Translations under genes and position numbers: made by a program
NCBI GenBank assembly: GCA_010909165.1
Contig: MU008164.1
Span: 62,001 to 126,000, forward strand
Origin: Anthoceros angustus
Taxonomy: Eukaryota; Plantae; Anthocerotophyta
Reading direction: 5' to 3'
Length of the DNA stretch: 64,000 nucleotides
Shown here: piece by piece, positions 60,559 through 64,000 of the stretch
Numbering within the stretch: position 1 is the stretch's first letter
Layout of the letters: each line of letters begins with the position of its first letter
The notes under the pieces: generated by a model
Database searches by the model: none
The model's input: the letters and a program-made list of their open reading frames with translations, nothing else
What the model was told of the DNA's origin: nothing

Positions 60559-60921
60559 ATGGCACGGTGTGTGGTTCCTCCTGCCACAACCGTGAGGGTA
60601 CAATCTCGGAGTAATGTGCGTCAGGCATGGGCGCCTCCAAGCCGTGGTCAAGGCCAGAGCATTCCTTTACAAAATTGGTGCCCTATGCGTCGCCATCCCA
60701 ACAGGAACCTCGCAAACTCGACCGCGGAAAGAGCCCGAATTGTATTTGGTGAAGGAGAACCTACCACTTACAGTCAAGAGGACGTGCGATTGACATCCGG
60801 GGAACTTTTGGAAGTGATCAATCAACTTCATATCAAGATTACTGTTCTCATCAATCTACTCATGCCCTTGCAAGAACCCCTCGCCTCGCGGCAGGTCTCC
60901 AGCCCGCCTGCTGAGATTTGA
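60559..60921 (+). CDS. Extra 120-aa ORF in the leader of the third Copia
   Basis: ATG-initiated and intact between PBS and gag. R/P/Q-rich N-terminus, then amphipathic LLEVINQLHIKITVLINLL. Confidence 0.4.
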   Translation: MARCVVPPATTVRVQSRSNVRQAWAPPSRGQGQSIPLQNWCPMRRHPNRNLANSTAERARIVFGEGEPTTYSQEDVRLTSGELLEVINQLHIKITVLINLLMPLQEPLASRQVSSPPAEI

Positions 60922-63636
60922 GCGGGCACGTTGGTAAGGCGTGAAACGCCACCAACTGGCGTCTTCAACATTCCAACGGTTGAAGGCCATATTTGACTGT
61001 ATTTTAATATTTAGAATATATTATCTAATGATTTAGACCTAATTATTCTTTCCTCTTATCGTTATAGCTTGTGTCCAAGGCATCATAATACCTTGGGTCT
61101 ACCTATAACGACAAGAAGATGTCAGGAACATCTCCTTCAGGCAGTTCCACGACAACCAATGTATATCATACTACACAGAGTAGCACCGAGTTCAGAGAAC
61201 GTGACCGTTTCAATGGCACAAAGTACAATATTTGGTCTATCAGGATGAAAGCAGCTCTTGATCTAAAGGACGTATGGGAATTTGTCTCTGGGAAGAAACA
61301 AGCTCCCGTACCAGCAAACTCTCCATCAAGTCCGGAAACCCCATCACAACAAGCTGTTGATGAGTGGAACAAAGGTAACAAGACCGCGAAATACTTGATC
61401 ATTAGCGGTCTCGATGAGTCCATGATGGATCACGCTGTTGGCATTGATACTGCCAAGGAGATTTGGGATAACCTGGCCAATCTGTATGAAGTACAAAATG
61501 TCATGACCTTGGTGGAAGCCAGGATGAGTTTCTACTCACTGCGGCTTAAGGAGAAGGAGAGCGTAGCGGCTTACTTGGGCAAGTTTAGACACTTGAGATC
61601 CCAGCTTGCTCTTCTTAACTCCACCATGTCTGAACTGGATGCCGCTGCCCAACTACTCTCTAGCCTACCACCTAGCTGGCAAGGTTTCGTGTCACAGCAC
61701 AATGGCCCCTTCTTGCGACCGTGACAACAGCAGTCAAACACCATCATCCATCAATGATGGCTCAAATAGTTTGGAGCTATGCGGAGGAAACAATGAGGAG
61801 GTTAAATGCAAGTTCAACCTCTAATCAACATGACAAGGTCCTTCTTACGGAGAGAAAGGGCAAGTGGAACAAGAAACCAGGCGAGTTTAATGTCAATGAC
61901 ATAAGCAAAGGTCGAGCAAAGGAAGAAAAGGGAGCTTGTAATTGGTGCCTCATCGAAGGCCATTGGGAGAAAGATTGCCGTAAGAAAACACCTAGAAAAT
62001 TCCGGCCCCCTGAATCATACCTTGTAGCTGAGAGCCCTACACGCACAATCCCTTCTTGTGATGATGTGTTTCTCTACATCTAGAGATTCGACATCCCTTT
62101 GGTATCTTGATTCAAAGCGTCGCTAATATCTGCAACAATAGAGATTTATTCACCACTTTTGTGCGGACTACTCGACAGTGGTGATTGTCGTGAACGGACA
62201 CATTGAAGGAAAGGTACTATACAACTAACTACTTCGCTAGGAACGGAGTTATTTCTTGACAATGTGCTCTATGTACCTTCTATGTCCAAGAACCTTCTCT
62301 GTTCGTGCTCTCACTACCAGATGTAATATACAATTCCTCTTTACCAATGATGCATGTCGACTGTTTGCGGGTAAGGCCCCAGAACAGTGCATTGCCATTG
62401 GGAGAGCTCAAGATGAGCTGTATGTCCTTCAGCTCACACCTATATCTTCCTCAAGTGGAAGATCTGCTACATGTGATGTAGCACATATGCCTGCAGATGT
62501 TTCTAACAAGACACTCTTGTGGCATATGAGACTTGGACATCCTAACTTGCCTAAGCTCCTACGACTCTCACAAGGAGATTATTACCGGGCCCAAGAAGGA
62601 TTACCCAAACTACCCAAACACATGCCTATGTGTGAATCCTGTGTGGTGGGCAAGCATAAGCAAATGCCTTTTACCAACACAAGTGCAACTCGAGCAACTA
62701 CTTTGTTGGAATTGGTACATGCGGACATTTGTGGTCCACTCGATCACCTTCCTTAGGGGAGCAGTATTACCTTGTGATCGTTGATGATTACAGTGGGTTT
62801 ACGCATACTTATCCGTGAAGAAGAAAAGTGATGCTTTCAGCACCTTCCAAGACTTTAGAGTGATGGCTGAATCTCAGACTTGCTCCAAGGTTCACTGTCT
62901 GCGGACAGATAACGGAGGTGAGTTTAGCTCCAATGTTTTTCAAGATTGGTGTAAGGCTCATGGAATCTTGCGGCAGTATACAGTACCTTATACATCCCAG
63001 CAAAACGGGATTGCTGAGAAGAAGATTGGGACCTTGGCAGCGCAGCTAGGACAATGCTCTCTGCCTCCCATCTTCCGAAGCCCTATTGGGCAGAAGCTGT
63101 GGTCACAGCTACCTATGTAATGAATCGGATCCATACATCAGCCATTCCGTTAGGGACAACACCATTTGAGTTATGGTATCAGAGGAAACAGGGTAGTTCT
63201 CGAGTGTTTGGTTGCACCGGGCCTGTTCCCCTTCAAGGCCGGCCTAAGCTAGCAGACAGGGCCACCAGACACATATTTGTTGGCTACGGCGAGCAGGTGA
63301 AAGCCTACAAGCTTTACATGCCTTCTACACGCCAACTTACTTATGCCAGGAGCGTTGTCTTCAATGAAGCTCCAGTGGTCGCTCGCGCAGTGGAAGCCTC
63401 TTCCGCGAGTGGAGAGTCCAGTCACCAACCTACTAAGGACTCACCTTGGGATTCAGATGACATCCCAGACACCAGCAGCTTTGATTCTCACATATTTCAG
63501 CGGCGATCACCTCCGGATGAGGATTCCTCTACCCTATTCCGGTGTCTCAAGTGGCTTCCAACTGCTTTTATTGATCACGCCGTGATCCGGCCTTTCTAAT
63601 CTCGGCTTTCATTCCCCGCTCCGTGATGCTCGTGAA

Positions 63637-64000
63637 GAGCCGCAGCCGATGGCTTCCGACCATTGGACAACACCGCAGCCCTCACACAATATGCACAGAC
63701 ACTCCAGCCCACACTCCCAGCCGGATCGGGCGGGCCGCGCCACCGCTGGAGATGCGCCCGCACGTACCGGTAGTGAGCGCGGATGAATGACCGTGCGCTG
63801 TTAGGCGGGCGGATGCTGCGCGGTGGATGCACCGGCGAGCCGCAGCCGATGGCTTCCGACCTATTGGACAACACCCGACGCCTCCTCACAATATGCACAG
63901 ACACTCCAGCCCACACTCCCGCTCGGATCAGCGCCAGTGCCACGACCCCTGGAGATGCGCCCGCACGCGGTAGTGAGCGGATGAGGTCTGCACAGCGCCT
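63637..64000. repeat. GC-rich ~200-bp tandem repeat inside the third Copia
   Basis: gagccgcagccgatggcttccgacc(a/t)attggacaacacc...caatatgcacagacactccagcccacactccc starts at 63637 and again at 63837. Confidence 0.85.

Larger units (their letters stand above)
60262..64000 (+). mobile_element. Ty1/Copia LTR retrotransposon, decayed, continues beyond window
   Basis: Short 5' LTR ~60262-60419 (TG...CA), PBS tggtatcagagc at 60422-60433. gag at 61119 (RDRFNGTKYNIWSIRMKAAL), CNWCLIEGHWEKDC, WHMRLGH, ELVHADICG, LRTDNGGEF, QQNGIAEK. Several frameshifts. Confidence 0.92.

Overview
Nuclear genomic DNA of a compact-genome land plant. Introns are mostly about 60-150 nt, GT-AG, and often carry CTRAC branch points. 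The style suggests a hornwort or Selaginella-like lineage, but the species cannot be determined from sequence alone. The left ~43.5 kb is gene-dense: MutS2, a SMARCAL1/CHR18-like helicase with four HARP-like repeats, sterol isomerase HYD1/EBP, API5, plastid YbaB/EbfC, an LRR + alpha/beta-hydrolase fusion, a PUS1/TruA pseudouridine synthase, a GT61-like glycosyltransferase, a DevT/TIGR04168-like metallophosphoesterase and two uncharacterised probably plastid-targeted proteins. Interspersed remnants are NFU, CDC123, LRR-RLK, PPR, WD40 and aminotransferase pseudogene fragments. The right ~20 kb is TE-rich. It holds an LRR-RLK pseudogene split in kinase subdomain I by a Copia element (5-bp TSD TAGAC) that itself contains an inverted nested Copia. 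It also holds a third Copia truncating a B-lectin gene, a CRE-like RLE fragment, an orphan LTR, tandem repeats, and copies of a non-LTR family with a structured 3' tail. No CRISPR array or intact RNA gene was seen. Best leads: (1) two Copia elements with an intact extra ORF between PBS and gag, (2) the 4x-HARP SMARCAL1, (3) the LRR-hydrolase fusion, (4) an ORF1-only LINE derivative sharing a stem-loop/(TTC)n tail with short repeats. Exon structures and family assignments were made by eye from recalled motifs; no database searches were run.
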